From NCBI GenBank assembly GCA_963782115.1, contig CAWAIK010000001.1:96001-160000 (forward strand): 64,000 nucleotides of DNA, written 5' to 3'. Both the position numbers and the translations under genes were made by a program. The DNA is from an uncultured Verrucomicrobiae bacterium. Its GTDB lineage: Bacteria; Verrucomicrobiota; Verrucomicrobiia; Chthoniobacterales; JAFAMB01. The notes under the pieces are model-generated. The model searched no databases. It saw only the letters and a list, made by a program, of their open reading frames with translations, and was not told the origin of the DNA. Of this stretch, positions 11,263-21,192 are shown piece after piece; the first letter of the stretch is position 1; the number at the start of each line of letters is the position of its first letter.

Positions 11263-11425
11263 CAGACAATCGATAGTGGCGCTGGGCTTCTGGCCGCTTC
11301 CCGCCGAAAAATTGTGTATAATGATCAGGGTTTCAACCCTGGGAACGGACCACCCGTGGTGACGCGCCCTGTAAAGGCGCAAGATAGAGAGTGACAGGAA
11401 CATAAATTTATTGTGTGTTAATAAC

Positions 11426-11720
11426 ATGTCTCAATCCCTCGCCCTGGTCTTGGTCTACATTCTTTTCTCCACCAAAAATCGAAGTCCATTTTTACAGTCG
11501 ACGGAAGTCCGATCGCAGGCACACGCTTATCTGACCGGAACCTTGCGAGCTTTGGACTGCGCTCCAATTCAGGTCGTCGGAGTGGAAGAGCATGTCCATA
11601 TTTTCTGCGGTCTTCTCCAGAAAAAATCTCTCTTGCCGGATTGGTCAGGAATCTTAAAACTCGACCAGGATCGCAAAAGGGAAAGGCAATGACGATTTCG
11701 GCTGGCAAAGCGCTACGGTT
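11426..11720 (+). pseudogene. tnpA: IS200/IS605-like Y1 (HUH) transposase, degraded
   Basis: MSQSLALVLVYILFSTKNR...GVEEHVHI (HUH motif), then frameshift and truncation. Flanked by inverted family A repeats. Confidence 0.8.
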
Positions 11721-11906
11721 TTGAGGAGCCATAGGTGTGGGATTGATCCAGGTTAGCTTGCGCCCCTTCGGTTTCCGGGCGAACCGTTTCATTGAATGGG
11801 TTCCCGGAGTTGAAAGCCCGCGCGAATCCTTCAGACCCTTAAGGCAAAAAATCATCCTAAACCTTCCTGATCTTCGTGCCGTCCAGTGTGACCCTGTGAT
11901 CTCTTA

Positions 11907-12965
11907 ATGATTGCGATCGAGAGTCTTTCCAAAAGCTTCGGCGGTTTTCTTGCACTTGACCGGATCGCGTTAACCATCGGCACCGGTGAACTGTTTTTCC
12001 TCTTGGGTCCCAGTGGGTGCGGCAAGACAACGCTTTTACGTCATATCGCTGGATTCTATCAGCCTGACGAGGGGCGAATTCTCTTCGACGGAACAGAGGT
12101 GACCCGTCTCCCTCCGCATCTGCGGAATACCGGGATGGTTTTTCAGAACTATGCGCTATGGCCGCATCTAACTGTCGAAAAGAATGTTGCGTTCGGATTG
12201 GAAGAACGGAGGCTTCCGAGACCAGAAATTGATCGCCGGGTGACTGAAGCGCTCCGCGTGGTTCGGCTCGAGGACCTGGCTCGGCGCAAAATCCACGAAA
12301 TGTCCGGCGGCCAACAACAGCGCGTCGCCCTCGCACGAGCGCTCGTCGTGCGGCCTGCCTGCCTGCTCCTGGATGAGCCATTGTCCAATTTGGATTCTAA
12401 GCTCCGTCTGGAAATGCGACAGGAAATCCGCCGGATCTGCCGGGAGTTTCAATTAACCTCCATCTACGTCACTCACGATCAGCAGGAGGCGCTCTCGATC
12501 GCAGACCGAATCGCCGTTTTGAACGCCGGCAAAGTGCTGCAGGTCGGCACACCAGCGGAAATCTATCGGCACCCTCGCAACCGGTTCGTCGCAGAGTTTA
12601 TCGGGGAAGGCAATTTTCTGACCGGTCAGATCGCGAACCGAAACGAACGGCTGGAGGTTAATCTGGGCAATCGCAGTCTCCTTGTCGCTGTCCCGCACCA
12701 ATTCGGCGCAGGTGCCGGATCCCCGGTCACCCTTTGTCTGCGTCCGGAAGCTATTAGCATTGTGGAAAGTCAGCCCCTCGGTCAGGCTTGGCCGGCGAGG
12801 TTGATCGAAACAATCTACCTCGGTCAGGTCGCTCAACATCTCTTTCGGTGCGAAGAAGATCTTCTCAGGGTCGCGGAGTTCAATCCTCGGCCGACCCGAT
12901 TCCGACCGGGGCAGGAATACTTCCTATGCATCGAACCTGAAGACATAATAATTCTTGGCGAATAA
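11907..12965 (+). CDS. ABC transporter ATP-binding protein (FbpC/PotA type)
   Basis: GPSGCGKT, MVFQNYALWPH, MSGGQQQRVALAR, LLLDEP, TOBE-like C-terminus. Confidence 0.93.
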   Translation: MIAIESLSKSFGGFLALDRIALTIGTGELFFLLGPSGCGKTTLLRHIAGFYQPDEGRILFDGTEVTRLPPHLRNTGMVFQNYALWPHLTVEKNVAFGLEERRLPRPEIDRRVTEALRVVRLEDLARRKIHEMSGGQQQRVALARALVVRPACLLLDEPLSNLDSKLRLEMRQEIRRICREFQLTSIYVTHDQQEALSIADRIAVLNAGKVLQVGTPAEIYRHPRNRFVAEFIGEGNFLTGQIANRNERLEVNLGNRSLLVAVPHQFGAGAGSPVTLCLRPEAISIVESQPLGQAWPARLIETIYLGQVAQHLFRCEEDLLRVAEFNPRPTRFRPGQEYFLCIEPEDIIILGE

Positions 12966-12967
12966 GG

Positions 12968-14599
12968 ATGCGTAGCGTCATTCCGATTCTCTTCTCTCTC
13001 TTCGTGGTCATTGCCGTGCCCTTTCTGTTCCGGCAGTCGGAGATTGATAGTAACTCCGCGGAAGATGAACTGGTGATCATCTCGCCTCACAACGAAGCGA
13101 TCCGGTTCGAATTCACTCGCGCCTTTGCAGAGTATTACCGAAAATCGACCGGGCGTTCGGTTCATATTGACTGGCGATTGCCCGGTGGGACGACGGAGAT
13201 CATTCGTTACCTCAACTCGGAATTTGAAGCCTCGTTCCGGAATTATTGGACCCGGCAGCTGCAGCTTCCTTGGGACCGAGAGGTCCTGGACGCCTTTGCC
13301 AACCCCAGCGTCCGCGGAGATGTCGATCGAGGTTCGCAAGGTGAGCGTGCCAGATACGCATTTCTGAATTCGAACTCCGGGTGTGGAATCGATTTGCTGT
13401 TCGGTGGGGGCAGCTTTGACTTTATCAATTTGGCCAATCGCGGACTCCTCGTTGACAGCGGCGTTCTTTCCCGATTTCCCGAATTGTTCAGCAGCGCAGG
13501 CGACCTTCTCATCCCGCGCTCGCTTGGAGGTGAACAATACTGGGATGCCCGGGGACGCTGGGTGGGTACGTGTCTGGCGGAATTTGGGATCTGTTACAAC
13601 ACGGAAGTCCTGGCGCGACTGGGGGTTTTAACGCCGCCCGCTCAATGGGGCGACCTGGCGAACGAACGATTGTTCAACGCGATTGCCTTGGCTGATCCCA
13701 CCAAGAGTGGTTCCGTGGCCAAAGCTTTCGAGTTGATGGTCCAGCAGCAAATGAATCAACGCCTGGCCGAACTCGCAGCAGCCTCCGCAGGCGATCAGTC
13801 GCCTGAACAGCGCGAAAAACAAGCCGTGATCGAAGGTTGGGCGAGGGGACTGCAGCTCCTGATTCGTCTCGCGGCAAATTCCCGCTATTTCAGCGATGCC
13901 GCTTCGAAAGTCCCGATGGATGTCGCTTACGGGGAGGCTGCCGCAGGAATGTGTATCGATTTTTATGGGCGATTCGAAAGCGAAGCGGTAGCGGATAAAA
14001 ATGGTCGAACCCGGCTGCACTACACAAGTGTGGTGGGCGGGACATCGATCGGAGCGGACTCAATTGCTTTGCTTCGCGGAGCCCCGCACCCGCAGGTTGC
14101 GAAGGTATTTATCGATTTCGCCCTGAAGCTCGAAGGTCAGAAGCTCTGGGATTTTCGCCTTGGAACACCTGGCGGACCGGAGCGTTATGCCCTGAGAAGG
14201 CTGCCGATCCGCAGAGAATTCTATCGGGAGCCGCTTCGCGCCTATATGGCGGATCGTGAAGCCGACCCATATCGTGACGCGCAGGCATTTGAATACCACG
14301 AAGCCTGGACAGCGCCGCTATTCTCGGCCATCCGTTTTCTGGTCCGGGTAATGTGCATTGATTCTCGGGAAGAACTCGTTTCGGCTCGAAAAACAATCGG
14401 CGGCGAGCCCATCGATTCTCCGGCCATTCAAAAGCTCCTCGACGTTTCCCGGGTGCGTTACGACATCGCTATGCAGCAAATTCGGGATACGCTCAGGTCG
14501 GCAGACAGGGTCAAAGAAGTGCGGTTGGCGGAGGAATTAACGACTTATTTTCGCAACCAATATCGCGAAGCCGAACGGATGGCACGGGCTGGCAAATGA
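12968..14599 (+). CDS. Fe3+/AfuA-type ABC substrate-binding protein
   Basis: N-terminal anchor, LVIISPH, DLLFGGG, LADPTKSGS, GAPHPQVAKVFIDF. Confidence 0.8.
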   Translation: MRSVIPILFSLFVVIAVPFLFRQSEIDSNSAEDELVIISPHNEAIRFEFTRAFAEYYRKSTGRSVHIDWRLPGGTTEIIRYLNSEFEASFRNYWTRQLQLPWDREVLDAFANPSVRGDVDRGSQGERARYAFLNSNSGCGIDLLFGGGSFDFINLANRGLLVDSGVLSRFPELFSSAGDLLIPRSLGGEQYWDARGRWVGTCLAEFGICYNTEVLARLGVLTPPAQWGDLANERLFNAIALADPTKSGSVAKAFELMVQQQMNQRLAELAAASAGDQSPEQREKQAVIEGWARGLQLLIRLAANSRYFSDAASKVPMDVAYGEAAAGMCIDFYGRFESEAVADKNGRTRLHYTSVVGGTSIGADSIALLRGAPHPQVAKVFIDFALKLEGQKLWDFRLGTPGGPERYALRRLPIRREFYREPLRAYMADREADPYRDAQAFEYHEAWTAPLFSAIRFLVRVMCIDSREELVSARKTIGGEPIDSPAIQKLLDVSRVRYDIAMQQIRDTLRSADRVKEVRLAEELTTYFRNQYREAERMARAGK

Positions 14600-16386
14600 A
14601 AACCATTTCCCAATCGCATGAATCGAAAGGAGACGGTTCAAGCGTCGGCGGAATCGTTCACCGTGTCTTCGGATCTCACCTCCGCGGCTTCCGCGTTTCT
14701 CGCGTCACTCTGGCGCTCTATTTAGGGGTCCTGGCATTTTTCGGCCTCTTCTTTATCCTGCCGATCGCCATTGCCGTTCGGGCCGCCTTTCTGAATCAAA
14801 CGGGCGCATTCACGCTCGACTATTTCCGAGAAGTCTTCAGGAACCCGATTTATATGGAAGGCTTTACCAATGCCCTCAGACTCGCGGTGGGAAGTACTCT
14901 TCTCGCTTTTGCCATCGCAGCGCCCCTGGCATGGATCAGCGAGAGATTCGAGTTTCCGGCAAAGCGCGGGCTGTCGGCTTTCTTGCTTTTGCCCATGATG
15001 TTGCCTCCTTTTGTTGGTGCAATCGGGTTTCGACAGATCTTTGGCCAGGAAGGCGCCGTTAATGCGCTGCTTCGCGCCGTCGGATGGCTCAGCCAAAACC
15101 AGGTCATCGACTGGGTCGGCGCCGGGCGCGAATGGGGCATCATTTTACTCAACGCGCTCCATCTCTATCCGATCCTCTACCTGAACCTGGTCGCGGCGTT
15201 GGCCAACGTCGACCCGGTATTGCTGGAGGCTGCTGAGAATCTCGGATGCTCAGGATTACGGCGCGCCTGGCGCGTTACCGTTCCCCTCGTCATGCCGGGA
15301 ATATTCGCCGGAGGAACGATCGTCTTTATCTGGTCGTTTACCGAACTCGGCGTTCCTTTGATGTTTGACTATTATCGGGTCACACCGGTCCAGATATTTA
15401 ATGGACTGAGCGATATCGACAGCAACCCGTTCACGTACGCCCTGGTAGCGGTAACGCTGATTGGTTCAGCCTTGATCTATTTTGCGATTCGCTTTCTGGC
15501 GGGCAGACCTCCGCCGGCCATGGCAGGACGCGGCGGTCACGCCGGACAGAGAACCGCCCTGGCAGGCGTCCACGGCCTCTTGTGCGCCTCTTTCTTTTTG
15601 GCGGTTTGCGCTCTGGCCCTCTTACCCCAGCTCGGCGTCATCCTCGTTTCGTTTTCAAAAGACTGGTACCGCACGATCCTTCCTCAATCGTTCACCCTTC
15701 AGCATTATGTCTTGGCGCTCGGTAATCATTTAACCGTGCCGGCGATCCAGAACAGCCTCGTCTACGCCTCGTTGTCGACCATAGTTGATCTTCTGCTGGG
15801 AGTCATCATCGCCTATTTGATCACGCGGACGAAGATCATTGGGCGCTCGTTTCTGGATGCACTGGCGATGCTTCCTCTTGCCGTCCCCGGGCTGATCCTG
15901 GCGTTTGGCTATCTGGCCCTGACGCGCCCTGGCAGTTTCCTGAATTTTTTGGACCCGGCGCGAAATCCGCTGATTCTCCTGGTATTGGCTTATGCCGTGC
16001 GCCGGCTGCCTTACGTCGTTCGCTCCGCGGCGGCCGGATTTCAACAAGCCAGCGTCACATTGGAAGAAGCCGCGCAGAGCCTCGGCGCCTCACCATTTCG
16101 CGCGCTCACACAAATCACGTTGCCCTTGATCGTCGCGAACCTTTTTTCGGGATGTATTCTGGCATTTGCCTTTGCCATGCTGGAAGTCTCTGACTCCCTT
16201 ATCCTTGCACAGAAACAAGTCGACTACCCGATCGCGAAAGCTATTTACGAACTCTCCAATATTCTGGGAGAAGGTCGCTATCTCGCCGCCGCCCTCGGGG
16301 TTTGGGCAATGGTCTTTCTCGGATTGACGATCGCCGCCGCATCCCGATCGATCGGGGCTAAACTGGGAGTACTGTTTCGAAGTTAG
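14596..16386 (+). CDS. Fe3+-type ABC permease (two fused TM domains)
   Basis: Two EAA loops (LLEAAENLG and LEEAAQSLGA), LPPFVGA, LAVPGLIL. Confidence 0.9.
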   Translation: MKTISQSHESKGDGSSVGGIVHRVFGSHLRGFRVSRVTLALYLGVLAFFGLFFILPIAIAVRAAFLNQTGAFTLDYFREVFRNPIYMEGFTNALRLAVGSTLLAFAIAAPLAWISERFEFPAKRGLSAFLLLPMMLPPFVGAIGFRQIFGQEGAVNALLRAVGWLSQNQVIDWVGAGREWGIILLNALHLYPILYLNLVAALANVDPVLLEAAENLGCSGLRRAWRVTVPLVMPGIFAGGTIVFIWSFTELGVPLMFDYYRVTPVQIFNGLSDIDSNPFTYALVAVTLIGSALIYFAIRFLAGRPPPAMAGRGGHAGQRTALAGVHGLLCASFFLAVCALALLPQLGVILVSFSKDWYRTILPQSFTLQHYVLALGNHLTVPAIQNSLVYASLSTIVDLLLGVIIAYLITRTKIIGRSFLDALAMLPLAVPGLILAFGYLALTRPGSFLNFLDPARNPLILLVLAYAVRRLPYVVRSAAAGFQQASVTLEEAAQSLGASPFRALTQITLPLIVANLFSGCILAFAFAMLEVSDSLILAQKQVDYPIAKAIYELSNILGEGRYLAAALGVWAMVFLGLTIAAASRSIGAKLGVLFRS

Positions 16387-16509
16387 CCCTATTTCGGCGT
16401 TTTGAGGATGCGATACAAAAATTTTCGTGCTCGCGCATCATTTTCGCATATCTTGCGAGAAACATCTTTAAAGTCCACAAGATGTTGTATATCCTTGTAG
16501 TAATTTTCC

Positions 16510-17121
16510 ATGAACAAACTTTATCGTTTGCCGTTGAGGACCCGAGCAAAAAACGTGTCGAGCGGTGTTCGCCGGCGCCAGAATTCGTCTAAGGTTTTAG
16601 CGACAGGAATCATCGCTTTCTGTGCGCTCGCTGCGCTGGTGGCGATTGGGTTCGCTGCCGTCTTCACTTTCAAGCACCTGACCGCGAAGCCGAAAGCGGT
16701 CGCGGCGGCTTCCCCTTCCCCTTCCACGACGCCTTCGCCTGCCGTCAAGACAAAGGATGTCTTGATGCCGCTAGTGGACCCGAATCAAACTCCTTCCGAA
16801 GCGAACCCTTCAGCGCATTCAGCGATTAGCCCCCAGCCTTCGCCCCCTGTGCCGACTCCGACCGCCGCTCCGACGCCTGCTGCATCGCCAACGCCCCAGC
16901 AACAAAAAGCCGACTCCCAACCCAAGGAGAACGATAAGGCTCTCACAAAGATCGCGCGGAGAAATCTCGAGAAGAAGCGTTTGGAGGCCGAGCGCAAGAG
17001 GACCCGGCTGGAGAAAATGTATCAAAATCACGAGATCTCGATCGACGCCTACAATAAAGGCAAGGAAGAGTATAAGGAAGAAATCCAGAAATACCGGAAC
17101 GTCATAAAGTCGGGTGAGTAA
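16510..17121 (+). CDS. Hypothetical membrane-anchored protein (TM helix, Pro-rich linker, charged C-terminal helix)
   Basis: Coherent domain-like composition over 203 aa. Confidence 0.65.
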   Translation: MNKLYRLPLRTRAKNVSSGVRRRQNSSKVLATGIIAFCALAALVAIGFAAVFTFKHLTAKPKAVAAASPSPSTTPSPAVKTKDVLMPLVDPNQTPSEANPSAHSAISPQPSPPVPTPTAAPTPAASPTPQQQKADSQPKENDKALTKIARRNLEKKRLEAERKRTRLEKMYQNHEISIDAYNKGKEEYKEEIQKYRNVIKSGE

Positions 17122-17165
17122 CGCCCGCCCCAGGAGAGCGAAGTCCTTCACCTGTCTTCTCTCCT

Positions 17166-17330
17166 GAATCGTGCTCGTTATCGTAGTCGTGCTCGTTGTC
17201 GATCTCTGATCGTTGATGGTAAGAGCCGCTTGCGATGAAAGAAGACACCCAAACGAAGGAAGGCCGCGACGAAGTGCGAGGATCGCTGCCAAAGACTTCG
17301 ATAACGATAACGACCACGAGAACGATAGCA
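17166..17330. repeat. CGA-rich interspersed repeat family C, inverted pair (representative copy)
   Basis: AATCGTGCTCGTTATCGT...CGATCTCTGA paired with CGATAACGATAACGACCACGAGAACGAT. More copies near 24000, 24075, 24210, 24480, 30240, 30360, 31415, 33055, 39420, 41690, 45635 and 45720. Confidence 0.75.
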
Positions 17331-17514
17331 GCTTGAACGAGGGCGCTTTTTCTCGACGCTTCGACTCAGGGCGCTCCCCTCGAATCGCAGGCTTCATAGC
17401 TTCGAGGTTAGGATTGAAGCTGCGCGCGAGCGCTACGCGAGAAGAACTATTTAATAATAACGTTATCTCAGCGCCACCCCCCTTCCATCGATATTCACGC
17501 CACCATTGGCACTC

Positions 17515-17558
17515 GCCCCTCACTGAGAACTGACAACTGGCACTGACAACTTCTTCTT
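17515..17558 (-). repeat. GAAGTTGTCAGT / ACTGACAAC interspersed repeat family D (representative copy)
   Basis: More copies near 19650-19700, 19765-19787, 20140-20290, 24870, 26209-26246, 26670, 35766-36093 and 36721-36900. Confidence 0.8.
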
Positions 17559-18392
17559 CTACTTTTGCAGCCTAATCGCCTTATAGCTCTTCATGGTTTC
17601 GGTGATGGCTTTTTCAACGGGCAAGCGTTCCATGCTTGAGGCGCCGTAGAAGCCGTGGACACCTTTCGTGTGGTGAAGAACGTATTCGGCATCCTGCGGT
17701 TCTGAGATCGGCCCGCCGTGACACAAAACAATGATATCGTTCTTCGCCGATTTTGCCGCATTGGCGATTTCCTGCACTTTCTCCGGCGCTTCTTCAAGCG
17801 TGACGGCGGTCGTGGCGCCGATTGATCCCTTCGTCGTCAGACCGAGATGGGCAACGATGATATCTGCTCCTGCCGTGGCCATCGCGGTGGCTTCGGCCGG
17901 ATTGAAACAATAGGGCGTGGTCAGCAAATCCATCGCGTGAGCGGCTCGAATCATCTCGACTTCCAACCCGTAGCCCATGTCGGTCTCTTCGAGATTTTTT
18001 CGAAATATCCCATCATAGAGACCAACTGTGGGAAAATTCTGAACCCCGGCGAAGCCCACTTCTTTGATCTCTTTCAGAAAAAGAGGGATTTGACGGAAAG
18101 GATCGGTCCCGCAGACGCCAGCGAGGACAGGGGTTCCCTTCACGACTGTCAAAACCTCAGCGGCCATCTCCATGACGATGGCGTTTGCGTCACCGTACGG
18201 CATCAGGCCGGCAAGGGAGCCGCGACCCGCCATCCGATAACGGCCGCTGTTGTAAATCACGATCAAATCGACACCACCCGCCTCTTCAAACTTCGCGGTG
18301 ATGCCGGTGCCTGCGCCGCCCCCAATAATCGGCTGATGGGCCGAGATAAGCTTGCGCAGCCGCTTCAAAATCTGCTGTCTAGGGTGTGCCAT
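17559..18392 (-). CDS. TIM-barrel protein, PEP-hydrolase / Tm-1 C-terminal family
   Basis: [61 protein letters not shown]. Confidence 0.9.
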   Translation of the reverse strand: MAHPRQQILKRLRKLISAHQPIIGGGAGTGITAKFEEAGGVDLIVIYNSGRYRMAGRGSLAGLMPYGDANAIVMEMAAEVLTVVKGTPVLAGVCGTDPFRQIPLFLKEIKEVGFAGVQNFPTVGLYDGIFRKNLEETDMGYGLEVEMIRAAHAMDLLTTPYCFNPAEATAMATAGADIIVAHLGLTTKGSIGATTAVTLEEAPEKVQEIANAAKSAKNDIIVLCHGGPISEPQDAEYVLHHTKGVHGFYGASSMERLPVEKAITETMKSYKAIRLQK

Positions 18393-19623
18393 TAGCTGTT
18401 TTTGCCTGTTGAATAAGTTGAATAATCCATTCGACGGCCTGGGCTGCGAATTCCGGATCGTTGATATTGCGATCCACCACAACGAACGGGATCCCAGGGC
18501 TCAGATTCTTCTTTATCGCATCAAACATTGCCTGATTGGCAGCGCGATCGCAAAACGGTTGCCCATCTCCGTCCAACATGGAGACGCCGCGGAGCGGGAC
18601 GAGGAAGGCCACCGGCCCTTTGGCAGCGTTTGCTTTCCGGGCGAAAATTTCTCCCATTTGTCGATTCTCTTCGGCATTGGTGCGCATCAATGTCACCGAC
18701 GGATTCCACTCGTAGAACAACCGTTTGGTATCACGAAATTTTGCCGGAACGCTGGAAGGCGCTCCAAAGTTCGCCATGTCGACGCAGCCCGGCACGATCA
18801 GATGAGGCACAGCGCGTCGGCCAGGCGCATCCAGGCGGTCCGGACCGGCACTGAATACGCCGCCGCAAAGCTCGTCGGCCCATTCGGTGGTCGTGATATC
18901 CAGCACCGCTTCGACGAGGCCGTCGCTAACCAGGGTCTCCATGGCCCGGCCGCCGGCGCCGGTCGCGTGAAAAATCAGTACTTCATATCCCTTTTCATGC
19001 AAAGACTTCGCGCAGATGTTCACACAGTCGGTAGTGTTGCCAAACATCGATGCGGTGATGATGGGACGATCTTCGGCTGAGACAGGAACCTCGCTTTCGA
19101 CCATTCCGCAAATCGCTCCGGCGGCTCGCGAATAGACCAGCCGCGAGATGCGGTTCAGTCCCGCAATATCCACGATCGATGGCATTATGGTAATATCTTT
19201 TCCGCGCACGTAGAAGGAGACATCCCCGGACGCGACGGTCGACACCAGGACCTTGGGGACACCAATCGGCAACGCGCGCATGGCCGATGCAATGATCGCA
19301 GAGCCCCCGCTCCCGCCCATCCCGATCATTCCGTCCAATTTCCGTTCCTTGAACAATTGCAAAACCAGCTTTGGCGCCCCTTCGTCAAAGACCTTCATGG
19401 CGGCGGCCTTGTCCTTGTTTGACCGCAGGTCGGCCAGGCTGGTTCCACCGGCTTTCGCGACAGCGTCCGATTCGTAATCAACCGGAAACAGAGTGGTGCT
19501 CCCGAGAACCCCGACATTGACCGTCAAGATCTGATGACGGCGTTTAAGAATCTCTTCACGCAGAAAGGCGTGATCCTCGCCTTTGGTATCAAAGGCTCCA
19601 ATGATGCAGATAGTCTTTGGCAT
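18379..19623 (-). CDS. Tm-1-like ATP-binding domain protein (UPF0261)
   Basis: [54 protein letters not shown]. Confidence 0.92.
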   Translation of the reverse strand: MPKTICIIGAFDTKGEDHAFLREEILKRRHQILTVNVGVLGSTTLFPVDYESDAVAKAGGTSLADLRSNKDKAAAMKVFDEGAPKLVLQLFKERKLDGMIGMGGSGGSAIIASAMRALPIGVPKVLVSTVASGDVSFYVRGKDITIMPSIVDIAGLNRISRLVYSRAAGAICGMVESEVPVSAEDRPIITASMFGNTTDCVNICAKSLHEKGYEVLIFHATGAGGRAMETLVSDGLVEAVLDITTTEWADELCGGVFSAGPDRLDAPGRRAVPHLIVPGCVDMANFGAPSSVPAKFRDTKRLFYEWNPSVTLMRTNAEENRQMGEIFARKANAAKGPVAFLVPLRGVSMLDGDGQPFCDRAANQAMFDAIKKNLSPGIPFVVVDRNINDPEFAAQAVEWIIQLIQQAKTANGTP

Positions 19624-19787
19624 TGTCTGAGGGGATTGAGGCGGGAAGAAGCTGTCAGTCGGACAAGAAGTTGTCAGTGGTCAGTTGTCAGTTCTAAGTG
19701 GGAAAAGAGCGGGGTTATCCCTTGAACTCTCCGTTTCTGTCCTCGGTTTTCCGTTGATGGTAACACAACTGACAACTGACAACTTCC

Positions 19788-20037
19788 TCAGTAGCCGATG
19801 GTGAAGCGCTCTCTTCGATGCTGGGGGTTCTCGAATTCGTTGACCAGGGCGATTGCATAATCCTCGAAGGAAATACGGCTGTTGCCCTTTGCGTCGGTGA
19901 TCAGGTCATCTTTGCCCAGGCAAAATTTAACTGTGCGCTCACCGGGCTGAAAGAATGCGGCGGGGCTGAAGTAGGTCCAGTCGATGCTGCTTTGCTTCAG
20001 ATTCTTTACCTGTGGCTCCGTAGAGAACGATTTTCAA
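19788..20037 (-). pseudogene. YwnB-like NAD(P)-dependent oxidoreductase with a large internal deletion
   Basis: RBS plus (L)KIVLYGATGK is joined out of frame to the C-terminus DWTYFSPAAFFQPGERT...SRISFEDYAIALVNEFENPQHRRERFTIGY*. Not in the ORF track. Confidence 0.8.
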
Positions 20038-20352
20038 CTTGGTAACTCCTTATATGGCACTGCGGGTGTATTGACGCGGAACAAACCTATTCACAAGCCG
20101 CTATGGCGCAAGAGGGTCCAATATTCAGTGGGGGGGAGAGGTGGTCAGTTGACAGTGCCAGTGTCAGTGGAGACGTCGATTGAAGTGAAGATATATTCGC
20201 GCCAGCATCTACCTAAACCCGAGCCTTGGCCTCCCCAACTGAGAACCGACAACCGGCACCGTTAACTTCCGCTCCGCTGACAACTGCTTCCTCCGCGTTA
20301 TTCTTGCGGGACGCCACCCAGACTTCCCGAAGGCGTTCCGAGAGCTGATCCA

Positions 20353-21174
20353 CTAACAAGAGGATGGTCCTTTTGATCTAGATCGGACACTGGGCTGTTT
20401 CGGCTTGGGCGATTTCGGTAATTTCGAGTTCGGGGCACGCGCTTCTGGCACGGAGGCAGGCTCGATCTCAATGCCGAAGATTTCTTCGAGGTTCTCGCCT
20501 GCCAGCGCGGCCGAACCGTCCGGGGAGGTCGAGGCGCCTGCGGTCACGCTCGTTGTCGCCTCGGTGACGAGTTCGAGGTGATCAGCTCCGCGAAGCACAA
20601 AGAGCAGTTCCGGGCTCTCGTCGAGACGCGCCCCAACGGCATAGAGCGTCGCCGCGACATGCTTGCACATCCCGGCCCAATCGGGGCATGAGCAACTCAG
20701 CCTGATTTCGGCCGGTCTGGGGAAAAGGCCCGTCTCGCGGCGGGTGATGATCTCCATGACCTGGGTGGAAAGTTTGCCCTGCAACAAATCAATCAGCGAA
20801 CCCACCCGCCCAGCACAGTCGGTTTTCAATGCCTTCCACTCGGCCCGTTGAACGGGTTGAATTTTGATCGTGATCCGGTAAAGGTCGCTTCCAAACACCA
20901 ACGCACGGATTTCGCCCGGGACAATCCGGAAATCGACGACCGAGCCGTTCCGCACGTACGTGCGACCGCGCGGGAGCCGGTTTCGATAATCACTGTAGGT
21001 TTCCAGATTCTCGCACCAGGCTTTGCCCCAGAAACTGCGGGCGATCGTTCTTCCGTCGATACGGATCGGGTTCATCTTCTGCCCTTCCTTTTCGAGCGCA
21101 ATTGCCGCTTTCTTGGAGCGGCGGCGTTTTTCGGCGGCGCTTACGTACGGTTTGTAGCTCCATTCCCACCTCAT
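20353..21174 (-). CDS. SWIM zinc-finger protein
   Basis: RLPRGRTYVRNG and CSCPDWAGMCKHVAATLY. Confidence 0.92.
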   Translation of the reverse strand: MRWEWSYKPYVSAAEKRRRSKKAAIALEKEGQKMNPIRIDGRTIARSFWGKAWCENLETYSDYRNRLPRGRTYVRNGSVVDFRIVPGEIRALVFGSDLYRITIKIQPVQRAEWKALKTDCAGRVGSLIDLLQGKLSTQVMEIITRRETGLFPRPAEIRLSCSCPDWAGMCKHVAATLYAVGARLDESPELLFVLRGADHLELVTEATTSVTAGASTSPDGSAALAGENLEEIFGIEIEPASVPEARAPNSKLPKSPKPKQPSVRSRSKGPSSC

Positions 21175-21192
21175 AAAATTGGTCCGCTCAAA

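Larger units (their letters stand above)
10323..11328. mobile_element. Non-autonomous element with IS50/Tn5-like ends carrying a RAYT remnant
   Basis: Perfect 17-bp TIR CTGATCATTATACACAA (10323-10339 / 11312-11328). 10-bp flanking direct repeat GGTTTCAACC (10313-10322 / 11329-11338). No DDE transposase inside. Confidence 0.85.

Noticed and set aside
16819..17533. Long ORFs spanning repeats (also 41453-41887, 43326-43568, 45320-45731)
   Set aside because: Translations of repeat DNA or antisense shadows of real genes.
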